Counted from the stretch's first letter, positions 13,120 through 26,945 are shown. The stretch: 59,520 bases of DNA from Chiloscyllium plagiosum (GCF_004010195.1 NC_057759.1:5796936-5856455); one strand, 5' to 3'. Translations and numbers: made by a program. The notes: generated by a model from the sequence alone, not told the origin.

Positions 13120-13920
13120 GTGCCACACACACACACACATACTTACGCACACTCATACACACTCACACACACATACCTACTCACGCACACATACACACTC
13201 ACAGACATACACATACACACTCTCTCACACACATACACACGCTGTCTCTCACACACATACATACACACTCCCTCTGTCTCTCTCACACATTTACACACTC
13301 TCACACACACACATACACACTCTCTCACACACGCTCTCTCACACACACACAGACACACACTCACACGCACACACATGCACACACACTCACTCTCTGTGTC
13401 TGTCTCTCTCAATACGGGAGCAACAGAGAGATTCTGAACTCTTGAGTCATCATTTTTTGATTGATTCGAGCTTACCTCCAAAACAAAGGGCATCCCATTG
13501 CAGCCAGTGATAAGCACATAAAAGCACAGAGACACACATATGGAAACGTACATCAACGTGATTGTCAGGATTGCAGCAATCTTAACCAAGGTCAATAGAG
13601 GGAAAGACAAGAGGGGGAAAGCCCCGTTTCAATGGATTCAACCCCAAAACAACAGAGACCCCTTTGGACAGAGAAACTCGTACAGAGATACACAGAAACA
13701 TAGAAATACACACTGATACACATCCGAATATACACTAGCACACATACACTCCAGTACCTGTACATAGGGACCGTTCGACAGAGATATTCACTGACACAGA
13801 CAGAAGCAGAGATGTACACAGACACATATATATTTACATGCGGATAGATTCACACACAAACAAACTCACAGGCACACACACACAGATGCAGAGACAGAAA
13901 CACACAAACCTAGATACAGA
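13120..13920. repeat. (CA)n/(CT)n compound microsatellite and ACAG-rich low-complexity tract
   Basis: Visible dinucleotide tracts; source of the His/Thr-rich spurious ORFs. Confidence 0.9.
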
Positions 13921-14579
13921 GGTTAATATGTTGTTACAGATAAGACCAGACCACTCAAAACATTTTAAAGCAGGCAGCCCCAGACTTTGCAATTTTGTTT
14001 CGGAAGTGTTCAGTGAAAATTACCTGGAGGAAGTTAGCTGGTTCGATTATCACGTTTCTTAAAAAAAAACATTATTCATAAAGTTACGGAATGAAACACA
14101 ATGAATTATAGAATAATACACAGACCTCAGTCTATCCAATCTAGACTTAATTATGCTGTTCTGAAAATTCACAACAGTCCCAATAAACGAACCCCCTGAA
14201 ACACAGTAAAACTGAAACAGAAGCTTACAGGTTGAAGTTAGAAGGGCAGAAAGGCAGAGAGTCTAGCGGCCTGTTTCCCCACAGCCCACTGCTGAATTGA
14301 CTGATGGAAGTACTGAACGGAACTGTTCAACTAGAGAGCTAGCCACGGCTCCGAACCTTCTCACGTCACTTCGAAATCATGAAAACTTTGGCTTAAAGTC
14401 ACGCCTGGTAACGTATAAACAAAAAAATGCCACCCAATACCCTTTCCACTCCATACCAAACCAGTCGATTTGGAGCCCAGAGTGCTTTGTGAGCCATGTG
14501 TCAGAAAACCAATGTCACAGTATCCTTGAGAATTTGAACAGTGTTCAGAAAATAAAGGGACCAGCTTTGTGGCAATGTT

Positions 14580-14880
14580 TAATATATACACACACATATA
14601 TATACACACTCAGAAACAATATATATATAATACACATACATACAGACAGGCACGGAGACACACAGATACAGAGATAGAAACAGACAGAGAGCCACAGGGA
14701 TAGATTAAGACACACACAAACACAAACACACTCTCTCTCTTTCTCTCTCTCTCCCCCTCTCTCACCCCCCACTGTTTCTCTCTCGCTCTCGCTCTCCCCC
14801 TCTATCTCCCCCGCTCTCTCTCCCCTCCTCCTCCTCTCTCCCCCACTCTCTCTCCCTCTCTCTCGCTCTCTCTCTGTCTC
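14580..14880. repeat. (TA/CA)n and (CT)n microsatellites
   Basis: Visible tracts. Confidence 0.9.
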
Positions 14881-15470
14881 GGTGCCAGGAGTAGGATGTC
14901 AGCTGGTGGGGGAAGTGGAAAGGAGTCACAGAGGGAATGGTCTCTCCGGAACGCTGCCACCACAGGAAGTGCAAAACCTGCATCCGCACCACTTCCCCTC
15001 ACCTCCGCCCAAGTCCCCAAAGGATCCTTCCACACCCAAAATTTACCCGTTCCTCTATCAGTGTCATCTGTTGCTCTCGGTGTGGTCTCCTCTATATCAG
15101 GGAGACAGGACACCTTCTTGTGGTTCATCTCAGAGAGCATCTCTGGGACACCCATCAAACCCATCGTGCCATAGTTGAATGCTTCAACTACCCCTCCCTC
15201 TCCACCAAGGACATGCAGGTCTTGGGCCTCCTCCACTGCCAAACCGTAACCACCCTAAGCCTGTAGGAGGAACGCACCATTTTCTGCCTTGTGACCCTGG
15301 GGATGAATGTGGATTTCAACAGCTNNNNACAAGCCTCATTCCTGATGAAGGGCTTATGCCCGTAACGTCGATTCTCCTGCTCCTCACATGCTGCCTGGCC
15401 TGCTGTGTTTTCCCAGCAGCACACTCTCGACTCTGATCTCCAGCATCTGCCGTCCTCACTTTCTCTTAAG
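14881..15470 (+). mobile_element. Penelope-like element fragment (GIY-YIG remnant and terminal repeat)
   Basis: ICCSRCGLLYIRETGHLLVVHLREH resembles a PLE GIY-YIG motif; terminus cctgatgaagggcttatgcccgtaacgtcg is a hammerhead core with GAAA>GTAA. Confidence 0.75.
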
Positions 15471-15479
15471 CATTTTATA

Positions 15480-15845
15480 AATTCCTACTTTGGAAATAGA
15501 ACTGGTCTGACACAAAGATGGAATGCAGACTGATTATAACCTCACGCTTTCAATGCATTGTCTGAGCTGAGATGTCACCTTTTATGTAAACCATTAAATT
15601 AACGCTGGAATGTTACATAAAATGAAGTGCAACCCGCATCCCTATTCGAAGTGATTAAAGATTTAAAAGCAATGTCGGTTTGATCACGCCATCGCATCAT
15701 TTGTATGACCCTTTGATCTGTTACTGAACATGCTGTGTCCTGTGATCCTGCCCCACTACCTAACTGCTGGAGGAGCAGCGCTCCGAAAGCTAGTGCTTCC
15801 AAATGTACCTTTTGGATTTTAACCTGGTATTGTGTTATTTTTAGC
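15480..15845 (+). mobile_element. PLE-derived repeat 3' fragment (second family)
   Basis: Ends ctgctggaggagcagcgctccgaaagctagtgcttcc...aacctggtattgtg, the same family as 28078-28225. Confidence 0.6.
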
Positions 15846-16362
15846 TTTTAAGTACTTGAATGTGCAAATGTAATGAGAAGGATGGGGGCCAACCAACAGA
15901 AAATAGGATTAGCTAAGTTTAGCCTTTTTTTCCACTGGTGTAAACTCAATGGACCATAGGTCTCTCATTCTCTGGTGTGAACTTCCATAAATCAACGTAC
16001 ACTGGGTACAATAAAGAAACCCATTGTTACCTATGCCTTTATTGCATGTGCCTACTCTGTGTCAGTTCTAAATTTACAATCGTAAAAAAGGAGAGAGAAA
16101 ACAAATGATAACTGCACAAGACACAGGAAGACAAGTTGTGTGACTGAAGATAATTTTCCAGACAGATCTCATTTTGTTTCCTGCAAGGAGGTGCCAGACT
16201 ATCTGTGTTAACTTGTCATGGGGAACTGAGGAAAAGAGTTTCCTGGTGGGTGTATTGCTTAAGACTGTGAGTTGATTCCATTTTCACTTCCAGGTACTAC
16301 AGTGACGGGGTGAGCTACTGATCAATCGTTCTGGCTCTAATTCGGCAGATTTCGACCAACAA

Positions 16363-16915
16363 ATGTTGCAGTTGTATAAGACTCTGGTGCGGCCGCATCT
16401 GGAGTATTCTGTGCAGTTTTGGTCGCCATACTATAGGAAGGATGTGGAGGCACTGGAACGGGTGCAGAGGAGGTTTACCAGGATGTTGCCTGGTATGGTA
16501 GAAAGATCGTATGAGGAAAGGCTGAGGCACTTGGGGTTGTTTTCATTGGAGAAAAGAAGGTTTAGGGGTGACTTGATAGAGGTGTACAAGATGATTAGGG
16601 GTTTAGATAGGGTCGACAGTGAGAATCTTTTTCCACGTATGGAGTCAGCTATTACAAGGGGGCATAGCTTTAAATTAAGGGGGGGTAGGTATCGGACAGA
16701 TGTTAGGGGTAGGTTCTTTACTCAGCGAGTCGTGAGTTCATGGAATGCCCTGCCAGTAGCAGTGGTGGACTCTCCCTCATTATGGGCATTTAAGCGGGCA
16801 TTGGATAGGCATATGGAGGATAGTGGGCTAATGTAGGTTAGGTGGGCTTGGATCGGCGCAACATCGAGGGCCGAAGGGCCTGTACTGCGCTGTATTCTTC
16901 TATGTTCTATGTTCT
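16363..16915 (+). mobile_element. Young 5'-truncated CR1 LINE with intact ORF2 C-terminus
   Basis: Uninterrupted 157-aa frame LYKTLVRPHLEYSVQFWSP...FFTQRVVSSWNALP; CpG-rich; (TTCTATG)n tail. Confidence 0.93.
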
Positions 16916-17079
16916 AAATTTCAACAGGGCATCAATTTCTTCCTGGCAATGGATGGGGAGGGAGGGTGAATTTTGAGGAAGGTGCAAAGATGCTTCAGTG
17001 AGATTTGGACAAATTGAGAGAGCAGCCAAATGGAAAGCTTTTGATATATAATGTGAATTGATGTTTTATGAAGCTGCAA

Positions 17080-17756
17080 GGTGACTGTACCATTAAAGGA
17101 GTTGAAAAGCTAGCAGAACTACTTGACAACGCACAAAGTATTCTGAACAAGGTAACAATGTAACATTTGGTCGAACAGCTCAAGTGGCTGTGTTGCCTGA
17201 AAACAACAGCAAATTCAAACTCGGCCAATCTCTTTAAGTTATGCCCTAAGATACCAAACTCCAATCACGTTTGAATTTGGTGTTTTGTCAGTATTCAAAC
17301 CGATGAAACGATCCGATGTTTTGTGGTGTAAATGTCAGACACTTTGAACCGAGCAGCAAAGAGGAATGCCGAAAGAGTAACAGAGGCAGGCTGCGAGTGA
17401 GAACTCTCTGAGAGGTACCTGTCTGGAGACAAAGTCTGCAGAGGATGATACAAAGACAAGATTCGACAGCTGCTTGATTTGAGATTTGAATTTTTCATCA
17501 ATCTTTATCGGGGGTTTTATCAGACCAGTACTGTCGAGGGGCAGGTAAAAGGTAGGTTTTTGAATGAAGTTGTAGATAGTTGTCAGTTAATCATTCTCCG
17601 TTAGTCTTGAAGAACAAAGTTCTTGCATTTGGGCACTTTAAATTGTGACTTTGGGGGAAGTTCCTTGCCTCTCGAATTTTAACTGATGACAGCACGGGGT
17701 GAATCATTTCTGTGCTGCTGAATTAAATTAGAGAGGGGTTTACCTCGTGTCGTAAG
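17080..17756. mobile_element. Interspersed repeat (LTR-like); inverted homolog of ~27350-28010
   Basis: aaggtgactgtaccattaaaggagttgaaaag matches the reverse complement of ccttcaactctcttaaaggtacagcgcccctt; ctgagaggtacctgtct matches agactggtacctctcag. Confidence 0.55.
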
Positions 17757-17877
17757 AATTGTGAGGCTGTCCAAATTGAGTAGTGAAAGCAGCAAAGCAC
17801 ATGAATACCTAAATGGTTTTACATCTGGAAAGGTGAGGGGATTGAGACCTGGGACTCCCTCATACACCAGTCGCTGT

Positions 17878-18590
17878 ACGTGTGAATACGTGTGTGGGTG
17901 CGTGTGAGAGTGTGTGTGGGAATGTGTGAGTGTGTGTGTGAGAGAGAGAGAGTGTGGGTGTTTGTGTGCATGTGTGTGAGAGACAGCGTGTGTGTGCGTT
18001 TGTGTATGCGAGAGTGTGTGTGTGCGTGAGGGTGTGTGAGTGTGTGGGGTGTGTGTGTGAGTGTGTGCATGTGCGTGTGGATGGTGGGTGTGTGAGTGTG
18101 CGAGTATGTGTGTGAGAATGTGTGTGTGANNNNNNNNNNNNNNNNNNNNNNNNNNNNNNNNNNNNNNNNNNNNNNNNNNNNNNNNNNNNNNNNNNNNNNN
18201 NNNNNNNNNNNNNNNNNNNNNNNNNNNNNNNNNNNNNNNNNNNNNNNNNNNNNNNNNNNNNNNNNNNNNNNNNNNNNNNNNNNNNNNNNNNNNNNNNNNN
18301 NNNNNNNNNNNNNNNNNNNNNNNNNNNNNNNNNNNNNNNNNNNNNNNNNNNNNNNNNNNNNNNNNNNNNNNNNNNNNNNNNNNNNNNNNNNNNNNNNNNN
18401 NNNNNNNNNNNNNNNNNNNNNNNNNNNNNNNNNNNNNNNNNNNNNNNTGTGTGTACGTGCATGTGCGTGTGTGTGGATATGTATGTGTGGATGTGTATGT
18501 GGATGTGTGTGGGTGTGTGTGTGTGTGGATGTGTGTGTGTAGGTGGGTGTGTATGTGTGTGTGGATGTATATGCATGTGTGTGCACGCAT
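17878..18590. repeat. (TG)n-rich microsatellite spanning a gap
   Basis: Visible tract. Confidence 0.95.
18130..18447. other. Assembly gap (318 N) inside a TG-rich repeat
   Basis: Run of N flanked by (TG)n on both sides. Confidence 0.99.
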
Positions 18591-18659
18591 GAAGGTAAAT
18601 GAGATGCTGGCTTGAAGAGCGAGAGGAGTCGAGTCCAGGAACACAGACGTCTTGCTGTG

Positions 18660-19200
18660 ATTGTACACAGTGAGACCACATCCTGCATTGCTGCATGGAC
18701 AGTTTTGGTCTCCTTAACTGAGGAAAGATGACCAAGTTACGGAGGAAGGGCAGTGAAGCTTTATCAGACTGATTTCTGGTAGGTGCAGGATTGATGTACG
18801 ATGAGAGATTGGATTGGTTTGGACTACATTCATTTGAGTTAGGAATAATGAGGGTGACTCTCCCACAGCCTTGTGCAATTCGAACAAGTTTAACTCAGAA
18901 AGCACGTTCTGATGAATGGCCAAGTCAAAAACCAGTGGGTCACAATTGAAGGATACAGGATAGACCATTAAGGATTGAGGTGAGTGGACATTTTTTCACC
19001 CAGATAGTATTGAGTGTGCAGAATTTCTGGCCAGAGAAACCGGATGAGCACAAAACATCGACTGTTTTCAAGAAAAAAGGTGTTGTGTATTGATCTTATG
19101 GCTACAGGTCTTAAAGGATATGGGGGAGAAAGCGGGAGACACGGTATTAAATCGTACAATCATCTCTGATCTGATTGAGCAAGAGAGCAGAACCGGATGA
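18660..19200 (+). mobile_element. Decayed CR1 LINE 3' fragment
   Basis: gtgagaccacatcctgcattgctgcatggacagttttggtctcc and ttttttcacccagatagtattgag match the CR1 ORF2 end. Confidence 0.65.
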
Positions 19201-19849
19201 TCTCCTCCTGCTTCTGCTTTTCCAAGTTTCTGAAGAGCTGAGTGTCACTAAGACTTTCACCTTGTATTCTAACCGATCAGCGAGCAACGTGGCAGTTTGG
19301 GGAAAATGCCTGACACACCGACATTCCACAGAATCGCTAACATCGGCAGCAGTGTAGCGGTAAGAAGAAGTTGACGAATAGATATTGGTCATAGGTGGAG
19401 CGGACAAAAATAAAAGTCGAATTGCTCTCGAGAGTGACGCGATCGAATTCTTTTCTCACAGCAGTCGCCAGCGATCAGAAATGGAGAAAACCCACTGGAC
19501 TAACATCACGCGAATGCTTTTGAATCAACAATTCAAAAAGACGTGGTGATACAAAGCAGCACCTAAAACTCTCATCAAAGCCGAGATAAATAGGGGCAGC
19601 AGTAGGTCATTCGACCTTCTAAACCAGCTTTCCAATTCTATGTGCACGTAACAGATCATCTAACATCGCCCGTTGTTCCCCTTGACCTCCTTTTCATCCC
19701 ATGCGCCCAGTCTGAGCGTTAACATGCACATGCTCGGAGGGAATAGCGGGAACAGGGCGTGGACTGACTCAGGCTGGGTACTTTTACATGTAAATTATAT
19801 CAATATGATTGTTGAATATTGTGTCTGCCTTTATGCTAAGATTCATTGA

Positions 19850-20160
19850 AGCCCCCTTCTCCCACCATGGTTATAATCTTTCACTCCCTTCTCTCGGGCA
19901 GAAGATATGAAAGATTGAATACTTTACGATCAGATTGAAGAACAGCTTCTTCACCATTGTTATTAGATTTCTGAAGGGACCTCTCAAATGTTAATTTTGA
20001 TCTCTCTCTCGCAGCACTTTCTCTGTGGCTGAAGCATAATATTCTAGACTATCAGTCTAATGCACTTTTCATGTTAAGATATGTCTGGAACGCAGGTAAA
20101 ACAACACTTTCCAACATCTCTCAGTCCATGTGACAACAATAAACCAAACTCAAACTCATC
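19850..20160 (+). mobile_element. Rex1/Babar-like LINE 3' fragment
   Basis: cccttctctcgggcagaagata...aacagcttcttcacc resembles 44715-44790; ends in aataaaccaaactcaaactc. Confidence 0.5.
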
Positions 20161-20313
20161 ACCTTACTGGGAATATGCGTTTTTGGAAACGGGATTGCCC
20201 CTCAGTGGGTTAGGGAAAAGGTCATGAGTGCACACAGCATTCCCATGTTGATTGACCACAGTCAAAAGCTTCACAAAGATGTTTGGTCCAACAATTTGAA
20301 GCAGGTTCATGTT

Positions 20314-20319
20314 TTTAAT
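20314..20319 (-). terminator. Candidate polyadenylation signal ATTAAA for the GPCR
   Basis: ATTAAA on the minus strand about 30 nt after the stop codon; motif only. Confidence 0.2.
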
Positions 20320-20349
20320 TAATGCAATGCTTGAAAATGTCCAGTTCGC

Positions 20350-21254
20350 TCAACGTTCAATACAGTTTAAAATCGGAGTGAGTGGATATTTCAGCACGTT
20401 TTTCACCTGCTCCCTGAACTTAGTCTGGGTCACGGCATAGATACAAGTGTTGGACGAACAGCTCAGAAGCTCCAACATGAAGCCCAGTTCTGCAACAAGA
20501 CGAGGTAAAAACACAGACCGATAACCTAAATACCACATGCGATACCATACAGAATAGACCATGAACAATGACCACAACAGGATAAAATTTCCCGAGATGA
20601 GAAACAGCAACAGGATAGATTTCTTTCGGCTCTCCAACTCCGGGTCTTTGGCCCTGTCCCCAGTGCCATGAGCCAGGAGTCTCTTCCGGACTCTGCTGCT
20701 CAATACAATGTGCTTGATGGTAAAAATATTAAGCAGAAGAATCAAAACAAATGGAACACATGGGGTTATAATGTGGTGGAGGAACTCAACTGTTGCCCAG
20801 ACTGATGACTCAGTCCGACTGACTAGCACCACACAGAACCAGGGGTTATTCAGAAGTGTATAGGACTTTGTAAACATGAAATACCAGAAAATGTTCTTTA
20901 AAAAGCTCAGGACAGTCACCGTAACCAGTACCACAGCTGCCGTTTTCTCCTGGCAGTATTGAATTTTCAGTTTCTGGCAACAAATGGCCACAAATCGATC
21001 AAAGGTGAACGTGACGGTGAACCAGACAGAACAGTCAGTGACTGCGTAAAGGAGGACAGCGTGGATGTTACATACAGGAACAGAATCAGCCAGCAACTGA
21101 AAGTGTGCCCGATAGACCACAGGGATCTGTCTCAGTATTGCATCGAGGATAATTACCAGCAGGTCCGATGTTGCCATGGCTACCAAGTAGTAAGTGATAC
21201 ATTTCATAAGGCCACACTTTCTCCAAGACAGGATCACGATCGTCAATAGGTTAG
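20350..21254 (-). CDS. GPR139-like class A GPCR, coding exon 2 (TM1 to stop); spliced product 333 aa
   Basis: Acceptor ttgtgctccctcacag|CT. Uninterrupted ORF with hydrophobic segments: TM2 ATSDLL, TM3 Cys and TFDRFVAIC, ECL2 WFC, TM5 TPCVPF, TM7 SNTCIY, helix-8 TKFR, TGA at 20352-20350. 97+905=1002 nt, in frame. Confidence 0.92.
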
Positions 21255-21586
21255 CTGTGAGGGAGCACAATGTCCAGAGGTTAATACATCGAGGTAAGAA
21301 AAGGGTAATCAGTTTGTTACACTAATTATAAAGCTGACATTTGTTTCTGTATCAACTCAGATTATGGATTTGATATGCCTCTCTCATGTCTTTGTATCAG
21401 ACATTGAGACAAGCATTCAAGATATTCAACAGTTAAGTGGAAATTTTAATGGTTTGTACATATAAATCACAGGAAGAAAAGGGCAATTAAAAGACATTGC
21501 AAAACTTGACAATGTTTGTTATTTCTGAGGAAGGAGGAAGGCACCAAATTTAAAGTAAACGTACATATGCTTCAATTTTTAATGCA

Positions 21587-21880
21587 TGGTGGCTCAGTGC
21601 TAAGCACTGCTGCCTCACAGCACCAGGGACCTGGGTTCAATTCTGGCCTCGGGCGACTGTCCGTGTGGAGTTTGCACATTTTCCCCACGTCTGCGTGGAT
21701 TCCCTCTGTCTACTCCGGTTTCCTCCAACAGTCACAAAGATGTGAAGGTTAAGTTGGATCAGGCATGGGAAATACTGGGATAAGGGAGGCGGGGTGATTC
21801 TGGGAGGGAAGTTGTTCAGAGGATCGGTATGGACATGTTGGGCTGAATGGCCTGTTTCCACCCTGTACGAAGTCTATGAA
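21587..21880 (+). mobile_element. Older HE1-type SINE in the GPCR intron
   Basis: A/B boxes and core present but diverged. Confidence 0.85.
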
Positions 21881-23139
21881 GAGGAGGATGGAGATCAGTA
21901 ACTGTCAATTAATGTGGAAGGAATTAACGCTGGATTCTGATTAAACGTTGTACAATCTGCTCAGCTTTCTGTTCTAGGCAATTATCCAGGAACTCTGCAT
22001 CATGCTTGAAGACTCCAATCCATTATGAGTTGGAAGATCGATGAGTTCACAGGGAGAAAGAGCAAAAATAGGTTGTATCGGACTTGGTGTCTCCTCTCCA
22101 GTCAAGTACACAATGACTGGGGTCCAGAATCGGTTTACTGCCTATCCTCAGTAAGATAGCACAGCATTGTTAATCAATTACATCAGTAATCCACCCTCAA
22201 ATACATTCAATGGGACGATGTCATATTCAGTGCTACGGATTCGACTCTTCTTCCTGACCAGAGACTGATTGTCTTTTCAGGAAATAAATCGTCTCTTACC
22301 TTTGTTTCCTAGAATTGGGGACTGATTATTCTGAATCTGTCATGACTACCCCTTTGCTGCTGAAACATCATCTTGATCGATTCCAGACTCGCCTGCGTTA
22401 AAGGACTGAAGTTGGGTGGCGGCGATATATGTCCACACTACCGCTAGTGGTCATGTTTGAGCTATTTCACTGAATTGCTGTGGTGCAGAAGGAGGCCGTT
22501 AGTCTGTTTGTGCCTGCGCCAGTTTCCCCACCTTTACCAAATATCGACGCACACCATTTCTGTCCAAATATCCATCAATGCTCCATTGGAGTTCTTGAGT
22601 TGAAATTTCCCTCACTGCACTTCCAAGCAGTACATTTCAAACCCGAACTAATCACTGGAGCAGAAAATCCTCGCTCACGGCATCCTTGCTCCGTTTGCAC
22701 GTCACCTTAAATCTCTTCCCTCTCATTCTTATTCCTTTACAAGTGGAAACAGCTTCTCCCCGTCTGCTCCACGCATTCACGCAGTGACCCGGACTAGATA
22801 TTGAAACCCTCCATTGAATGTCCCTCTCAACCTTCACATCTCCAAGGAGAGTGGCCCCACTTTTCTTTCAATCTATTCTCTTGACTGGCCTTTCTCATCC
22901 CTGGAACTATTCCTCCAAAGCGTTGCAGGAAAAATGTTTGGAAACACTTTGAGACGCTAACGTGCAGAGGACTATTGGAACTCTCTTCCACCAATGGAGG
23001 TGGCTGCTGGGTCAATTGTTAATTTGACATCTCAGGTGGTTTATAATAAAATGGACCACACCAACTGCCCTCCACCCTCCAACGTTTCAAGGAGGTAGAA
23101 ACTGTAAGGTGCTGTATTTCAGATGTCATCATTTGGAAT

Positions 23140-23505
23140 TAGAATTCCTACAGTGTGGAAACAGGCCCTTCGGCCCAATAAATCCACACCAACCCTCTAA
23201 AGATGAACCCACCCTGACCCATTACCCTACAATTACCCCCCTGACTAATGCACTAATACACATCCCTGGGCACTATGGGTAATTTAGCATGGCACATCCT
23301 GGGCTCTACTGGTAATTTAGCATGGCCAAACCTGCACAGGTCTGGGCACTATTTAGCATGGCATGCACCCCTTTGGACTGTGGGAGGAAACCCACGCAGA
23401 CATGGGGAGAACATGCAAATTTCCAAACAGACAGTTGCCCGAGGCTGGAATCGAACCTGGCTCCCTGGCGCTGTGAGGCAGCAGCGCTAACCACTGAGCC
23501 ACCGT
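23140..23505 (-). mobile_element. HE1-type SINE with an internal triplication
   Basis: SINE family match; gggc...atttagcatggc repeated three times within ~23268-23362. Confidence 0.85.
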
Positions 23506-25769
23506 AGACTTCCAGCAGAACGCACTTCGTTCTTACACCATAGTCAAACAGAAATAGTGCAAGAAGCCTTGGCGTAACTTTACCTCTGTGAAAATGCATG
23601 ATACAACAGGTTTTACTGTCCTCCGACTTGTTCAATGTTCCAAAATAACACCCTTGACAAAGAGAAATTTGGCAAAACGGATTTCCCTCATTTGCTGTCT
23701 CCTCCAGTCCAGGAGAAGTCCAGGCCACACCGACAAAATGAATCTCACAGCCAATAGAGAACTGAAACTTTTTCCAGCCGCACTGCGAGAGAAAGCAGCT
23801 TCATCTCCAGGACCATCCACTCCCCCACTTCAACAACTGAAAGCAAAACCTAAAACCGTGCGTCCGTGTGAGCCTGACGTACACCCAATCTTTCTGCTTT
23901 GGTCTATGTTTGAATAAAACAAAGCGGCTTAGTTTTCTCTCCATGGAGTGGACACCTCTGCATCATACTTACAATATCCTCATTTGGAGAAACAGAGCAG
24001 AACAAATCCCTCTTGAAGACACGTCTCACCATAGTAAGTGTTTATCCAGCAAAGATGTTTAAAAGACATGAGGCAATTGTGCGTATACAGAGTTGGGCCA
24101 CAGATCCGTTATAATCACGTTCAACAGCAGAACAGTATCGAGGTGCTGAATAGACCACGACAATTCCTGTGTCCATATGATCTTCCCTCTCACCAACGTG
24201 GTTCCATCTTTCTGATAAGGTGGCACCGACAACTCTACACGTCACTCCAGATAACTCGTGTCTTATGCAAAGTCAGCATCACCTCCCTGCTCTTGTGTCT
24301 CTTCATTCATAAAGTCGGAGATGTTGTGTGCTTTATTAACTGCTCCCCGGCTGCCCAACTCCCTCAGCATATGCGCTCCTCCCCTTTCAGAATTGCATCC
24401 CCTACATTCTATTATCTTCCAATGTTCTTCTGTGGGTGTCACCCTGCACTTCTCTGCGTTTGACTTCCTCTGTGATCTCTCCAACTCCACCAGCTTGGCA
24501 GTTTCCTTATCCTTTCAAACGTCCATTAAAATCCACATCACTAACGGACACCAACGGTCCCAAGACAAAACCACCACAGGCTGCCCCTTCAGCGTGAACA
24601 ATGCCCATCGACCATTCCTCTCTGTTTCCTATCGCTCAGCTAATTTTACTTCCATTACCCTTCCCAACTTGTCTCACCAGGCTCCTTAGACAGAACCTTG
24701 AAAAGCCACAACCACATCCAGCTGGAAGGACACAGGCAGCAGATACTTGGGAACACCACCCCCTGCAAGTTCCTCTCCAATCCACTCACCACCCTGCCTT
24801 GACCATTCCTTCACAGTCGTCAGATCAACATCCTGGAATTCCATCCCTAACGGCATTGTGGGCCAACCCACAGCAAGTAGACTGCAGCAAGTCAAGATGG
24901 CAGCGCACCACTACCTTCTCAAGGGCAACTAGGGGTTGGGCTATCAATGCTGGCAAGCCCAGCGACACCCAAGTCCCACGAATGAATACAAAAAAAGATA
25001 AGCTTGTTGAGTAACACGATATTAAACGCCCATTAAAAGTCCACATGCACCGCATCAACCGCATTAATCTCATTGCGCTTTTCTGCTTCAGCAAGTTGGC
25101 CAGACTTTGAGAAACCCGTTTAGACTCTTCCTCATCAGTACATCTTTTTTTTCCAACAAAAGCACTTCCCTTTTCAGATTGGTTTTGGGAGCCTTTTAAT
25201 CCAGCTTCTGATTTTCTGACTGATTCCCTAACCACGCGGTCATCCAGAGTGGGGTGCTGGAAAAACACAGCGGGTCAGGCAGCATTTGAGGAGCAGGAGA
25301 ATCAATGTTTCGGGCAAGAACTCTTCATCAGCAACACATTTGTGTTTTGTGCACACAGCTTAAACACCATTCACCTCTTTTTTTCAAGTTGCCCTCATTA
25401 TCTTCTGATTTATCCAACAAAATGCGTTTCCAATCAATGTCCTCCAATTCCAATTTTGGACTCCTCAAACCTGACCCAGTCCGGAATCTTAATCATTGGC
25501 ATTTTTTTTCCCCAATTAACGTTGAACCTTTGTTTTGTTATGATCACTATTTTCCAAATGGTCCTTGAATTTGATGCTCTCCGCTTGGCCTGCCTCATTT
25601 CCTTGGGCCAGATCCAGCACAGCTCCCTCTCTGGTAGAACTGGAAATGTACTGTTCCCAACTTCTTCTCCTGCACACATTAAATGTATTTCACACCTTCC
25701 GTGCCCCACGCTCCAACATTCCCAGTCTTTCCTTAGGTTACTGAGATCGCCAACTATCAGAATCGCACT

Positions 25770-26125
25770 TAGAGATGTACAGCACAGAAATAGACCCTTT
25801 GATCCAACTCATCCATACCGACCAGATATCCTAACCTACTCTAGTCCCATCTGCCAGCACTTGGCCCATATACCTCTAAACACTATTCGTGTATCCAGCC
25901 AAATGCCTTTTAAGTGTTGTCTTTATACCAGCCTCCACCACTTCCTCTGGCAGCTCATTCCATACATGCACCACCCTCTGCGTGAAAAAGTTGCCCCTGA
26001 GGTCCCTTTGAAATCTTTCCCCTCTCTCCCTAAACCTATGCTCCTCTCATTCTGGATTCTCCCACCCCAGGGTAAAGGCCTTGCCTATTTATCCTATTCA
26101 TGCCCCTCCTGATTTTATGAACCTA
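25770..26125 (-). mobile_element. CR1 LINE 3' fragment
   Basis: agagatgtacagcacagaaatagaccc...; homologous to 4695-5050. Confidence 0.85.
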
Positions 26126-26519
26126 TCCCAGACCATCCCTCAGAATTTCCATAATCTGTCTGCAAAGGCTCTCTTATCCATCCTCATGCCTGATGAAGGG
26201 CGCATGCGTGAAATGTCAATTCTCCTGCTCCTCGGATGCTGCCTGACCTCTTGTGCTTTTCCAGCACCACACTCCCGACTCTGATCTCCAGCATCTGCAG
26301 TCCTCACTTTCTCCTCTTCAACATCCTGACCAGCATTTGGAGTTCGAGAATAAACATCCAACGAGGTCACTGCTCTCTTCTGAGTTCTCACCTCCTTTAG
26401 ATTCCAACTCAGCAACTTAATCTCATTTAAGCTCGATGATATCATCTTTAATCGAGAAAATTGCACCTCCCCCCTTTACATCAGTCCTGTTTCTCCTGAA
26501 AGCCTTATACTCAGAATAC

Positions 26520-26945
26520 ACCAGGATACATGAATACCAACTAGCCACAAAACGGCATGACCCACGCTCACTAGTATTCTTTCATACAGATGGGGAATGA
26601 CATCACTTCAACTGGGACAACACATCCATCCTCGGACAAGCCAAACAGAGACATGCACGAGAATTCCTAGAAACATGGCATTCCAACTGGAACTCCATCA
26701 ACAAACACATTGTCTTGGACCCAATTTACCAGCCCCTGAGAAAAGGAACAGGAAACGACATCACCCACAGGAAATAATGTCACCGCAGGTAATGATATCA
26801 TGGACCATAGGAAACCCAAACATACAAATAGAAAACGAGCTACACCACCAGTGCTTCATTCGGAGGCTCACTGAAGATGTTACCTAACATGGTGATGCAA
26901 CATCTGAAAATGAACCTTGCAGCTCAGCGAGCAAACCTTCATCCA
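26520..26945 (+). mobile_element. Penelope-like element 3' end (GIY-YIG remnant and decayed hammerhead)
   Basis: catgaataccaactagccacaaaacggcatgac...gacaagccaaacagagacatgcacgagaattcctagaa (IHEYQLATKRHD; GQAKQRHAREFLE); ctgaagatgttacc...ggtgatgcaacatc. Confidence 0.75.

Noticed and set aside
13077..13610. His/Thr-rich and Cys/Val-rich ORFs (also 17679-18735)
   Set aside because: Translations of (CA)n/(TG)n microsatellites and N gaps.
21255..21270. ORF-track start MCSLT for the GPCR
   Set aside because: This is a TTG inside the splice acceptor; the N-terminus comes from exon 1 at 29676-29580.
25249..26112. 287-aa ORF
   Set aside because: It runs across a PLE terminus, unique-looking DNA and an antisense CR1 tail; no domain is recognisable.
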